From Bradymonadia bacterium (lineage in GTDB: Bacteria > Myxococcota_A > Bradymonadia > UBA7976 > UBA1532), in NCBI GenBank assembly GCA_046290225.1, contig JBKAGE010000081.1:32001-96000 (forward strand): a stretch of 64,000 nt of DNA, given 5' to 3'. Within the stretch, counting starts at the first letter, position 1, and each line of letters starts with the position of its first letter. The notes under the pieces are model-generated. The model saw nothing but the letters and a program-made list of their open reading frames with translations, did no database searches and had not been told where the DNA came from. Positions 19,985 through 29,984 of this stretch are shown piece after piece. The position numbers and the translations under genes are program-made.

Positions 19985-21460
19985 TCAGAAAATGTATTCC
20001 ATGTTGAGGTTCAACACGCCCACAGCCTGGTTGTACTCACCCGCGGAGTCGGGATTACGGCGGGTGGTGGAGCCGGCGAAGGGCGTACCGGACACATCGC
20101 TCTGACCGTCGCCATTGGGGCGGGGGTCGATGTCGCGGGTGAAGTAGTAGAGCTGGGTGTAGGTTGCCGCCAGGACGAGATCGGCCTGCTTGGTCTCCTC
20201 GTTCTTGTTCAACATGAAGCGGGCGCCGAGGGAGCCGCTGATCTTGTTGGCGTCGAAGAGGGCGGGCTCCACCGTGGAGTCGGGGGCTGCGGTGCTGTCG
20301 AAGCCCGCGCCGACGTAGATCTCGGTGGTGTCGTCGAGGAACCGGGAGTAGCCACCGCGTACGCCGAAGCCGTCGTCCCAGTCACGGGGCAGCTCGGCGA
20401 GGTTGCAGTTGTCGGAGTTGCCGTTGGTGTTGAAGATGCACTGACGGTCGAAGACGCTCCAGCGGGCGTAATCACCGAAGAGGCGGTACTCGTTCATGCC
20501 ATCGCGCAGGCGCCAGCCGAGGCGGAAGACGTCGGGGTAGCTCTGCTCGAGAGTGGCGTCCTCTTCCTGGGTGGGACCGCCAGCGAGGTATTTGCGGGAC
20601 TTACCCTCGACGCTGTTCTGACCAAAGCCCGGCTGGCTCTGGTACGAGAAGCCGAGGAAGTGACCACCGCCGGGCTCCCAAATGACACCGAGGCCCAAGG
20701 CGAGCTCCCAGCTCGACAGATCGACGTCAGCGCGACCCTCGAGGCGCTCGTCGGTGATGTCACCGTTGGCACCAATGGTACGGGTCACGAGGTGATCTTC
20801 ACCGGAGCCCAGTCGAGCGCGAACCGTCTTGACCTCGTTCTTCACCAGGTTGACGCCCACGCCGAAGGACAGGCCGTAGTCGGGCAGGCGGTAGGCCGCT
20901 GCGCCGGTGAAGTAGAGGGAGCGGATGGTGCCTTCGATGGTCCACCAGCGCTGCGAGCCGTCTTGCAGGCCGGGAAAACCGTCGTAGGGAGCGCCAGGGG
21001 TGAAGTCGGACTTGTCGTAGACCGACTGGCCGCCGAAGGGGGCGTAGAAGCTCAGGCCGGCGCCGAAGTTCTTGATGCCGAAATCGGAAGCCACGCCGAT
21101 GAAGGGGGCGCCGAGCACGTTGAAGAGGCTCGCCTCACCGGAGTTGGCGCCCACCAGCTCCGGCGGGGTGCCGTTGACAGTGCCCTGAGGCTCGTCACCG
21201 GTGAACACGTAATCGATGGCCTCGGCGGGGCGGTCGTACGTAAAGCTGCGCCACGCGAGGCTGCCGTCGATGTACAGGCGGAAGCCACCCTGCTTCAGCG
21301 CGAGGCCCGCGGGGTTGTAGTACATCGCCGTGGGATTGTCGGTGGTGGGGTGACCGTGCTCTCCGCCAAAGCGCGCGACCAGAATACCGCTGGCCAGGGC
21401 GTCAGCGCTCGCCAGTGCGCCAGTGAGCGACAAGGCGGCGATCAGTTTTCTACGGTTCAC
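19985..21460 (-). CDS. OmpP1/FadL family outer-membrane transporter
   Basis: Signal peptide, hatch motif AMYYNPAGL, alternating beta-strands, C-terminal Phe. Confidence 0.85.
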   Translation of the reverse strand: MNRRKLIAALSLTGALASADALASGILVARFGGEHGHPTTDNPTAMYYNPAGLALKQGGFRLYIDGSLAWRSFTYDRPAEAIDYVFTGDEPQGTVNGTPPELVGANSGEASLFNVLGAPFIGVASDFGIKNFGAGLSFYAPFGGQSVYDKSDFTPGAPYDGFPGLQDGSQRWWTIEGTIRSLYFTGAAAYRLPDYGLSFGVGVNLVKNEVKTVRARLGSGEDHLVTRTIGANGDITDERLEGRADVDLSSWELALGLGVIWEPGGGHFLGFSYQSQPGFGQNSVEGKSRKYLAGGPTQEEDATLEQSYPDVFRLGWRLRDGMNEYRLFGDYARWSVFDRQCIFNTNGNSDNCNLAELPRDWDDGFGVRGGYSRFLDDTTEIYVGAGFDSTAAPDSTVEPALFDANKISGSLGARFMLNKNEETKQADLVLAATYTQLYYFTRDIDPRPNGDGQSDVSGTPFAGSTTRRNPDSAGEYNQAVGVLNLNMEYIF

Positions 21461-21581
21461 TTCACACCCTCCAGGATCTTTGGTGCGTCAAACGACAAAG
21501 TCCGAATTGACAAGACGCTGACAAGCGTCGCAGACTCAGCCGGTAAATCAACAGATAATTGTTGCTTGAAAGGCCCGTACC

Positions 21582-22277
21582 ATGCGGCGATCCCCCCTGT
21601 CAAAGCTTTCACTTGCCACGGTGAGTCTGTCCGTTGCGGCCATGTGCGGCTTGCACGGTTGCCCTGATTCAGCAGGTGTATATGACGACTTCGAGGGCAA
21701 GGCTGAGCAGTACGAGCCCGTGGTGCTCGCCGACGCCGACATCCCCGACATGGCCCTCGCCGGGTGCACGGTCGATCCCTCTGTCTGCGAGATCGACGGC
21801 GACTATCTGCTGACCCTCGCGACCCAGATTGACCCGGGCCGCCCGGTGCAGTTCCGCGTGACCGCCACCTACGACGGCGACAGCCGCATGCTCGACTGGA
21901 CGCTGATCCCATTGCGCCAGAAGTGTGATGACGGGGCTGACTGTGCTGCTGACGATCCGCGGCGCCTCGAAGATCTGCCCGATGGAGCCATCAACCCCGA
22001 TCCGGTCCTCGTCGGCGAAGACGGCAGCTTCTCCATTGATTTCGGTCAGGCCACCGTGCCCGGCGACGGCAACGCCATCAGCGGCTCGCCCATCGTCGCC
22101 ACGTTGATCCTCAACGGCCGCATCAACGACGATCGCAGCATGTGCGGCAACTTCGAAGGTGCTCTCATCGAGCCCTTCCCCTTCGATCTCGTGAACGAGA
22201 TGAACAACTTCGGCACCACCTTCCTCGACGAAGGTGTGCGTGCTGGCGAGGTCATCGCCAACGATCGCTGCCCCTGA
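21582..22277 (+). CDS. Hypothetical beta-rich lipoprotein
   Basis: Lipobox LHGC; divergent from the fadL-like gene; typical codon bias. Confidence 0.75.
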   Translation: MRRSPLSKLSLATVSLSVAAMCGLHGCPDSAGVYDDFEGKAEQYEPVVLADADIPDMALAGCTVDPSVCEIDGDYLLTLATQIDPGRPVQFRVTATYDGDSRMLDWTLIPLRQKCDDGADCAADDPRRLEDLPDGAINPDPVLVGEDGSFSIDFGQATVPGDGNAISGSPIVATLILNGRINDDRSMCGNFEGALIEPFPFDLVNEMNNFGTTFLDEGVRAGEVIANDRCP

Positions 22278-22477
22278 TGGAGAGTTGATCTCAGCCTTCG
22301 AGATCTGCCTCGAATTTCTCGCCTCACCCGGCGTTCTTTCCCTGCGCCACCTTTCCCTGAGCCATTGCCTACGTTGACCTGACTGCCCTGCCGGGTGAAA
22401 ACAGGTGCGTGAACATGACTGCGTGACGACCGCCGCACGAGCGCTGGCGACATCGTCGTCAACTCGAGAGGAGCATC

Positions 22478-25400
22478 ATGGGAGGCCACCGCGGGCTGCG
22501 CGCCCTCTGCCTGACAGTGTTGTGGACCATCGGATGTGGTGGGGGCACCCCCGCAGATCCCGGCGACAGAGGCCCAGGGGGCGATGGCTCCGGTGGGCCT
22601 CAGCCCGAGGTGGTCACGGTTCAGCGACCTCCGGAGCCTCCGCAGCCGTTCAATGTGCGGCATGTGGTCATGGTGCAACTCGATGGCCTCACCCCGAGCA
22701 TGCTCAGAGACTATCTCTCCCGGCCCGCCTCTCGGGGGGATGGCAGGGTGTTGTCTCATCTACTTGGTGCATCGCCGGCGGCGGGGGCTCCCGTGCGATT
22801 CGAGCGGGCGCGTCTGCCGCGGCAGGTGCTCGCGCCTCTCCCCGGCGCCTTGGACACGGTCTCCGCCAGCCTGCTCACAGGGTTGCCGCCCCGAGAGCAC
22901 GAGGTCCGGGCCGACGGCCAGCGCATCACCCCGACGGTGAACTCCATCTTCGATGCTGTGAGCCGCGCCGGCGGTGACTCGATCTGTGTGGGCTTCCCCG
23001 ACTGTGGCACTGCCACGGAGAAACTCCAGGGGGTGAGCGACGCGGTGCGGGTGTCGAGCCTGGCCAAGGCCCTTGGTGGCCGTCGTCGGCCACCTACCCT
23101 CATCACCTTGCGGCTCAACGGCCTCGCCAGAGCCCTGGAGGCGGGCGGTGTGGAGGCAGGGGTGGATGCGTTGTCCTCGGTGGACCGGCTGCTCTACACC
23201 CTCGCCGATGCAGGGCCTCCAGGAGAGTCCACCCTGTGGATCCTCGCCTCTGGCGCCTCTGCGATCCCGTTGAGCGAGCCCAAAGGGGTCTCGGCGGCCA
23301 AGGTGCTGGCCACGCTGCGCAGTCAGGCGAAGCAGCCAGGTTTGAGCCCCGACAACCTGCAAGCTACGGGTGGCTTGATTCGGATGACCGATTTGCCCAA
23401 GGGGGCTGATCGCCCGGTGGCTCAGGTCCTCGCGGCGTTGCCGTCCACGGCCATGGTCCTCATGCGGGGCATGGAGGGGGTCTCGGTCTTCGATCCTGAT
23501 CTCAAGGCACCTCGGCCTTTGACACAGGTCGAAGCCGAGGGCTATCCCGATCTCGAGCGTCGAGTGCTCTTCTTCGCCAACCCCGGTGACGTCATCGCCC
23601 TCGCCGACGCCGAGAAGGGCTATGTGTATCTGCCTCCAGGCCGGGCGCCGGGTCGGGTGCGTCAAGGGGGCGCCACCGCCGCGGAGACCGACGTGGCGGT
23701 GGTCTTCGCGGGCCTGCCTCTGCGTCGGACGCCTCCTGGGGCCCTCGATCAGATGCCCCTCGAGGCCGTGGCCCCCACGCTGCTCGACGTGCTCGAGGTG
23801 GGCGCCATCAAGCTGGGCCCCGATGTAGAGGCCTTGAGCCAGGCCGCTCGGCTGCGGCCACGGTACGCTACCCCGACGTCAACGCGCTGGGCGAGCTGCC
23901 GCGAGGCAGGCGACGCCGCACGTCGGGTCGAGGTGCCGTGCACGTCGGTCATGCGCCACACGAGAGATCCGCGAGCGGCCGCTGAGGCGTTGCTGTTGCG
24001 GACTGTCGCCGATGCCAAGGCCGGCGCTGAAGAGGCGGTCGTGCGCCAGCGCCTCGAGCTGGTGGCTTGGCTTGATCCCCACGTACGCTGGCCCATGAAC
24101 GACGGCGGCTTGAAGCCCATGTGGCCCAAGCGGCCAGTCCGTGGCCGCTCTCCTGGGGGCGTGCTGGTGCTCGTGGGCGGCCTGGAGGCCGAGGTTATGG
24201 CGCCGGCGCTCGGCGCTCTTGAGGCCTTGGGCAAAGCCGAGGTGGTGCCTGTGCAGCGTTTGCCGCTCTTCGTGCCCGACGGAGACGACAGCTTCGCCGC
24301 CCTCATCGGACGCGTCACTGGAGCGTCGGCGGTGGTCTGGGCCCACGAAGGCAAGGTGAAGATCACCGCCCCGACGGCGCTCTTCGGGCGCCTGGAAGGC
24401 CCGGGCTGGTCCTCGGCACCGCTCGGCAGCGACATCTCGTCCGACCAGCGGCTGGCCACCGTGGCCTCTCACATCCATCTGACTCAGGGCCTCGTGGCCC
24501 TGGAGAACGGCTACCCCGCTCGGGCCAGCCGTTATTTGTCTTCGGTGCAGGGCCTGTCTCCTGAGGTCGACCGCTGGCGGAAGACCATGCTCGACTTCAG
24601 CATGCGGGCTGCTGATCCCGAAGCAGCGCCTGCAGAAGGCGGCCTCGAGGCAGGTTGGGTGGGGGCCGTACAGGCCATCATGCGCCGCGTCGATGGTGAA
24701 GGCCCCGAGCTGCCCACCAGCGGTGAATGGGGGGCCCGAGAGGCCAAACTGCTCGAGGCCGCTCGAGCCGCCGTGGGCAAAGAGCCTGCGCTGTGTGCCC
24801 AGCCGCCTCTCGCCGACCGCCTCACCGCTTTGTCCCGTGGGGCGGAGATCCTGGAGAAGCTCTCGCTGCCGGGCCTCGCCGCCCGGGCTCGAATCCGTCG
24901 CGCTGGCCTGCTCGCCGAGAAGCCCGAGGCCGCCATGGCGGAGCTCGACTTCGCCCTCACCCTCATCGAGGCCGAGTGGGCCGGCTGGCTCAGGGCGGAT
25001 GTGGCCCGGCGGGTGCTGCAGATGGCCATCTACGCCCCCTGGGCTCAGGGCACACCACAGAGAGGGGCGCTCATCGATCGCGCCGCTCAGGTGGTCTTGC
25101 GCCGTATGCAGGCTGATCTCGCCGCGGCTCGGGCCGAAGGCGTGGATCCGAAGAAGAGCCTGGAGCAACTGACCGCGCTGCTCGACGGCTCCACCGCCAG
25201 CCTGCCCATGCTCCAGCGAGAGACCCTGGAGCTCGCCGTACAAGGGAACCCCGAGCTACGACCTGCGCTGATTCAGCAGTTCCTCGTCGACGGTGCTGGC
25301 TTGACATCATTGTTCACCGCCGAGGGGGTGAGGCGACTGCGCATCACCGCGGACCTCATCGAGCAGCTCGCTGATCCGCCTCGGGGCCTCAAGATCAAGA

Positions 25401-28069
25401 TGCCTCCTGAGGAGCGTGCTCTGGGCCTCGCCGTGTCTGCGCTGATGTCAGCCACGGCAGATGTCCTGCAGGGGCAGATGCCAGAGGCCCTGGCCCGCAT
25501 CGAAGGCGCCAACCTGCTCGCGGAGAAGTACGACGCTCTGAAGGGGAGAGAGGCTGCGCTCAAAGCCGGTCACGAGACGCGTATGGCGGCGTGGGGCCCT
25601 CAGGTGTTGCTGGTGGCGCGCCTCGCTCGGATCGTGATCTTGAAGATGGCCGGCCGGGCGGGCGAAGCCCGGGACATCATCGAGGTGATGCTGAGGGACG
25701 CTCGGGCATTCGCGCGGGCAGAGACCCGCCGCGCCGCTGCCGACGCCACCCTCGATGGTCACATCGATGGGGTCGTGGGCCTGACCTACTGGATGCTCGA
25801 GGTGCTCCTCGCCGGTGACGACGCCAGCCGGAACGAGGCCCTGGGACAGATGCGCAAGGCAGCACGTCGGGTGGACATGCGGTTGCCCAAGGCAGGCCCT
25901 CGAGAGACCGCCCGCTGGTGGGTGCTCGCCGGCATCCTCGCCCGGGACATCGCGTGGGCGGTGGAGGTGGGCGTCGCCGGCAAGGTGGATCGTGGCCAGC
26001 TCAAGGCCTGGAAGGGCATCAAAGCGGGGATGGAGGCTCTCGTTCGCGATTGGGAGCCCGCCCTCGAGTCTCGGATCCTGCGGATGGTGCTGGCCATGGG
26101 CCTCACCGCACAGCGTGCTCTCCCCGAGATCGTCGCCGGTGAAGGTCCGTGGTGGCAGCGCCCCTTGGGCATCGACGCCCTCAAGCGCCTGAGCGCCAAG
26201 TTGGGCCAGATCTCCAGCACCGGGCCCCAGATGGCCATCGACCGATTGCTCGCAGAGCAGCTTCAGGGCGTGCTGGCCAATGCCAAAGCCCTCGGCGATG
26301 AGGGCGCCTTCAGCGCAGCGTGGGGCAAGGTGGTCAATCGTCAGCGCAAGGCGATGAGCCCTTCTGATCCTGCAGAGGCCCGGGTGTTGCTGTTGCTCGA
26401 GTCCGCCGCCGTGGCCACCCAGAGCAAGCGGTGGTCCGATGTGCTGGCGCTGGCGAAGGCCGGCCCTGCCCTCGCCGAAGGGACCGCGCTCTCGGACATG
26501 CCGTTCTTGTGGCCCGCACTGCAGGTCATGGCACATCGCCGCAAAGGCGACGTCACTCAAGCCATTGCTGCCCTCGACGTCGTGGGTGATCAATGCCCGG
26601 CGTTGCGTTGGCAGCTCGAACCCCTACGGGCCATCAGCGCCGCCAACGCCTCTGCTTTCGGTCAGGCCATGGAGCGTCATCGCGACGGCGCCCGTCAGGC
26701 TCAGGCCGGAGGCATCGTGGGCAAGGTGGAGCTGACCTTGAAGGAGGGCGATGGCCGTCTCGAGATCTCGGTGGAGATCCCGCTGATGTCAGTGCTCCTC
26801 GGACGCCCCACGGGCACGCTTCAGCTTGGCGCCGGCTATCAGTCTGAGAGCAACGCGCATGAGCCGGTAGTCGTCACCGTGAGCGGTCAGGCCAGCGCCG
26901 TGGAGGCTGAGCTTCAGGGCCTGATGTTGAAGGCCTGGCGGGCGTTCCTCTGGGGAGACGAGGCTGGTGGTCAGGAGGCCCTCAGGCGCCTGTCGGTCCG
27001 TTTCGCCGCCGAGGGGTGGCAGATCAGAGAGCCCCTGGAGGCCATCTGGCTCGGCGCCATCGCCGAGCTGCACGGCCATCGCGCTCTGGGTCGCTGGCTC
27101 ATCGAGGGCGCTGCAGCGAAGGCCGAGGCCGGATCCCCCGACAGCCGGACCGGGCGGGTTCCGTTGTGTGACGATCAACCTGCGCCAGAAGGATCAGAGC
27201 TGATCGTCGCCAGCACGTGCGAGGCACCCGCCTTGCTGGCCGCTACTCTTTCTGAAAATGCACAGCGGGCCGTGGCTCGATGGGTGGCGTTGCGGATGCG
27301 GGCGAGAGAAGGGCAGCCGATCAACGGGGAGGCCATCTCCGAGATCCTCGGTGCCGCCAATACCCACGCTGCATCTCTGGTGCCCGAGTGGTCTTTGCCG
27401 CTCACAGGCGCTTTTGCTGGTGCAGTCGATGCGAGTGAATTGCCCGAGCTGCAGGGGGCGCTGGTGATGGCCGTGAAGGGAGAAGGCAACGCCGTGGAGA
27501 CCGCTGTCACAGGTGGTTATGCCTGCGAGCTGACGCTGCAGATGCTCGAGCAGGAAGCACCCCGAGCGAGCCTCGCCACCGTGGCCCGAGCGTGTGGCGC
27601 CAGCCCATTCTCCATTGCTGCGTTGAGCAGAGCGCTCACCGAGTCGAAGCAGCTTTCCGTGGCCTGGCCCCTCGCCGCGGAGGCTCTGGAGATGTTGTTC
27701 GAGGTGAGGGGACCCGGCCCGGCGCCGAGGCTGTGGCCTCTGGCCCGACGCCTCGCCTCCGTCGAGCATCCGAGCTGGGAAGGGGAGCGTGGTGAGGCAG
27801 CGGCGCGTTTCGCCCGCATCGGTCAGCGCCTCGAAGATCCGCAACAAGCCATGCACTTCAGAGCTGTGGCCCTCGCCGTCTCCCTCAAAGAGGGGTCCCG
27901 GCTGCCCGAGCCATCTGATGAGGTGCTGGTCGATGCCATGAAGATGAAGCCTGCACCGCCGAGCCTGCCCTTCTTGAAGGCGCTAGTCTTTGCAGCGCCG
28001 GATGAGGGCACCCGTCGCCAGCTCGCCGTCCAGTGGCTCAGTGGGCTCAGCTCGCAGAAGCGCCCGTGA
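22478..28069 (+). CDS. Large lipoprotein: degenerate alkaline-phosphatase/NPP-fold domain + long helical region
   Basis: Lipobox TIGC; VVMVQLDGL and SLLTG.PP.EH motifs; 1863 aa uninterrupted. Confidence 0.7.
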   Translation: MGGHRGLRALCLTVLWTIGCGGGTPADPGDRGPGGDGSGGPQPEVVTVQRPPEPPQPFNVRHVVMVQLDGLTPSMLRDYLSRPASRGDGRVLSHLLGASPAAGAPVRFERARLPRQVLAPLPGALDTVSASLLTGLPPREHEVRADGQRITPTVNSIFDAVSRAGGDSICVGFPDCGTATEKLQGVSDAVRVSSLAKALGGRRRPPTLITLRLNGLARALEAGGVEAGVDALSSVDRLLYTLADAGPPGESTLWILASGASAIPLSEPKGVSAAKVLATLRSQAKQPGLSPDNLQATGGLIRMTDLPKGADRPVAQVLAALPSTAMVLMRGMEGVSVFDPDLKAPRPLTQVEAEGYPDLERRVLFFANPGDVIALADAEKGYVYLPPGRAPGRVRQGGATAAETDVAVVFAGLPLRRTPPGALDQMPLEAVAPTLLDVLEVGAIKLGPDVEALSQAARLRPRYATPTSTRWASCREAGDAARRVEVPCTSVMRHTRDPRAAAEALLLRTVADAKAGAEEAVVRQRLELVAWLDPHVRWPMNDGGLKPMWPKRPVRGRSPGGVLVLVGGLEAEVMAPALGALEALGKAEVVPVQRLPLFVPDGDDSFAALIGRVTGASAVVWAHEGKVKITAPTALFGRLEGPGWSSAPLGSDISSDQRLATVASHIHLTQGLVALENGYPARASRYLSSVQGLSPEVDRWRKTMLDFSMRAADPEAAPAEGGLEAGWVGAVQAIMRRVDGEGPELPTSGEWGAREAKLLEAARAAVGKEPALCAQPPLADRLTALSRGAEILEKLSLPGLAARARIRRAGLLAEKPEAAMAELDFALTLIEAEWAGWLRADVARRVLQMAIYAPWAQGTPQRGALIDRAAQVVLRRMQADLAAARAEGVDPKKSLEQLTALLDGSTASLPMLQRETLELAVQGNPELRPALIQQFLVDGAGLTSLFTAEGVRRLRITADLIEQLADPPRGLKIKMPPEERALGLAVSALMSATADVLQGQMPEALARIEGANLLAEKYDALKGREAALKAGHETRMAAWGPQVLLVARLARIVILKMAGRAGEARDIIEVMLRDARAFARAETRRAAADATLDGHIDGVVGLTYWMLEVLLAGDDASRNEALGQMRKAARRVDMRLPKAGPRETARWWVLAGILARDIAWAVEVGVAGKVDRGQLKAWKGIKAGMEALVRDWEPALESRILRMVLAMGLTAQRALPEIVAGEGPWWQRPLGIDALKRLSAKLGQISSTGPQMAIDRLLAEQLQGVLANAKALGDEGAFSAAWGKVVNRQRKAMSPSDPAEARVLLLLESAAVATQSKRWSDVLALAKAGPALAEGTALSDMPFLWPALQVMAHRRKGDVTQAIAALDVVGDQCPALRWQLEPLRAISAANASAFGQAMERHRDGARQAQAGGIVGKVELTLKEGDGRLEISVEIPLMSVLLGRPTGTLQLGAGYQSESNAHEPVVVTVSGQASAVEAELQGLMLKAWRAFLWGDEAGGQEALRRLSVRFAAEGWQIREPLEAIWLGAIAELHGHRALGRWLIEGAAAKAEAGSPDSRTGRVPLCDDQPAPEGSELIVASTCEAPALLAATLSENAQRAVARWVALRMRAREGQPINGEAISEILGAANTHAASLVPEWSLPLTGAFAGAVDASELPELQGALVMAVKGEGNAVETAVTGGYACELTLQMLEQEAPRASLATVARACGASPFSIAALSRALTESKQLSVAWPLAAEALEMLFEVRGPGPAPRLWPLARRLASVEHPSWEGERGEAAARFARIGQRLEDPQQAMHFRAVALAVSLKEGSRLPEPSDEVLVDAMKMKPAPPSLPFLKALVFAAPDEGTRRQLAVQWLSGLSSQKRP

Positions 28070-29875
28070 GTAGTTGTCAGTGCCCTCATCTCCGAAGATG
28101 TCTCCACCGGGCTCTGCCACCGTCTCTTCTGAGAGGCCGAGGGAGGGCTGAGGTTCAGTGCTCAGGGGCGGTGGGCGCTCTGTGTCCATCGTAGGCGGAT
28201 ACCCCTGGACCGTCGGCCGGCCATCGGCAGGCGGGCTGGGCTGAGTGAACTCTTGCGCCCCCTGATTGACAGTGTCGTCGCACAGAGCATCCTCTTCATC
28301 GGTCACGAGTCCCGTCACCACGATGGGCAAACGAACTGAGAAGACCGCACCCTGGTTCGGAGCGTTGCCAGCGGTGAGCGTGCCACCGAACTCCTCGACG
28401 ATCTCTCGGCAGATGCAAAGCCCCAGGCCGGTGCCTTCACCCACTGGTTTGGTGGTGAAGAAACGATCGAAGAGACGATGTAGGACGGCTGGGCTCAGGC
28501 CAGGGCCATCGTCCATGACATCGATCACCACCATCCCCTGTACCTCGTGAGAGCGTACGGTGACGCAGCCACCTGGCTCACGGTGCTCGGCAATGGCCTG
28601 GGCGGCGTTGACCAGAAGGTTCACGAAGACCTGTGAGAGGCGTCCTGGCGCCCCCCTGATCTGGGGGGCCCCCGTGAGCACATCCACCAGGGTCACGTTC
28701 GCACTGCGCAGCGTCGAACGGGTGATGCGGATGGCGCTGCGGACTGTGTCGTTCACGTTGAAGAGCGTGGTGTGACTGGTGCGGCCGATCGTGTTGATGT
28801 CCGCGACAATCTCGTTGATACGCTCGAGACCCTCGAGGGCCTCCGAGAGAGAATCGCGCATGTCCACGAGCAGGCGCTCGCCCCCCCCGAGACTCCAGGG
28901 GAAGCTCATGCTCGACGAGTGATTGTTCTGGGAGAGGTGGCCCAGACCACTCTCCAGGTGGCCGAGGTTCGAGGACAACCAGGCGATGGGCTGCTTGATC
29001 TCGTGGGCCACGCCCGTGGCCACCTGCCCCACCGAGGCGAGGCGCTCGCTCACGAGCATACGGTTCAGCAGATGCGTGTTCTCCAGACTGAGCGCCAGCT
29101 GGGTGGCGAAGATGCCGAGGCGCTCCAGATCGGAATGTTGGAATGGGGTGGGGTTGCGCGTGCGGCCGAGGCAGAGCACCCCGAGCAGGTGATCGTTGAG
29201 GAACATCGGGTAGATGATCAGGCAGCGATCGTGAGCGCCCTGGGCACCTGGCTCGATGGAGGCTTCTGGCGCGCGGCGTTGAACCACCCGCGCCAATACC
29301 GAAGGGCCGGGCTGTAGATCCTGGGCGCCGATGCTGTGAGCCATCCTCAGCTGCCCATCTTGCCTGGGCAGGTAGAGGGTAGAGGCCTCACACGCGATCA
29401 GGGACATGGCCACAGTCGTCGCTTCTCTTGAGAGCTTTTGTTGATCAGCACGGGCGGCGATGACCCGCTGACAGGCGTGAAAGAGCGTCGAGGTCCTGCG
29501 CAGCGCCCGCTGCTCCATGGCCCGGCTGATCAGCGTTTGTACTTGCTGAAGATCGAAGGGCTTGCTCAGGAAGTCCATGGCGCCATTGCGCATGCAGTCC
29601 ACTGCTGCCTCGAGGCTGGAGGCCCCGCTCATACCGATGACTTCGGTGTCAGGCGCCGATGACTTCAAGTGTCGGATCAGCTCGTTCCCCTGCATCAGGG
29701 GCAGCTGGACATCGGAGAAGACGATGTCGAACTCGCTGTGCTCCAGTTCGTCGAGGGCATGCTCGGCGCTTGAGCACGAGGCCACATTGTGGCCCGAGCG
29801 ACGACAACTCTCCGTCAGCAGATGGCAGATGTGCGGATCATCATCGACGATCAGAATCTGAGCCCCAGTGCTCAC
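27983..29875 (-). CDS. Hybrid sensor kinase (receiver-GAF-HisKA-HATPase)
   Basis: ILIVDDD, SDVQLP, FLSKPF; GVAHEIKQP; QVFVNLLVNAAQA, DDGPG, FFTTKPVGEGTGLGL; GTG start at 29875. Confidence 0.9.
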   Translation of the reverse strand: MSTGAQILIVDDDPHICHLLTESCRRSGHNVASCSSAEHALDELEHSEFDIVFSDVQLPLMQGNELIRHLKSSAPDTEVIGMSGASSLEAAVDCMRNGAMDFLSKPFDLQQVQTLISRAMEQRALRRTSTLFHACQRVIAARADQQKLSREATTVAMSLIACEASTLYLPRQDGQLRMAHSIGAQDLQPGPSVLARVVQRRAPEASIEPGAQGAHDRCLIIYPMFLNDHLLGVLCLGRTRNPTPFQHSDLERLGIFATQLALSLENTHLLNRMLVSERLASVGQVATGVAHEIKQPIAWLSSNLGHLESGLGHLSQNNHSSSMSFPWSLGGGERLLVDMRDSLSEALEGLERINEIVADINTIGRTSHTTLFNVNDTVRSAIRITRSTLRSANVTLVDVLTGAPQIRGAPGRLSQVFVNLLVNAAQAIAEHREPGGCVTVRSHEVQGMVVIDVMDDGPGLSPAVLHRLFDRFFTTKPVGEGTGLGLCICREIVEEFGGTLTAGNAPNQGAVFSVRLPIVVTGLVTDEEDALCDDTVNQGAQEFTQPSPPADGRPTVQGYPPTMDTERPPPLSTEPQPSLGLSEETVAEPGGDIFGDEGTDNYSRALLRAEPTEPLDGELATGALIRRCKD

Positions 29876-29984
29876 ACGACCTCCACCGATCTCGCTGCGC
29901 TGATCTGCGCGCCTGAACCTAGAGGAACGGCGTGGAGTCAAAAAACTTTAGGAAGACGTACCGGGAGCAAGCGGGGAAATACGT

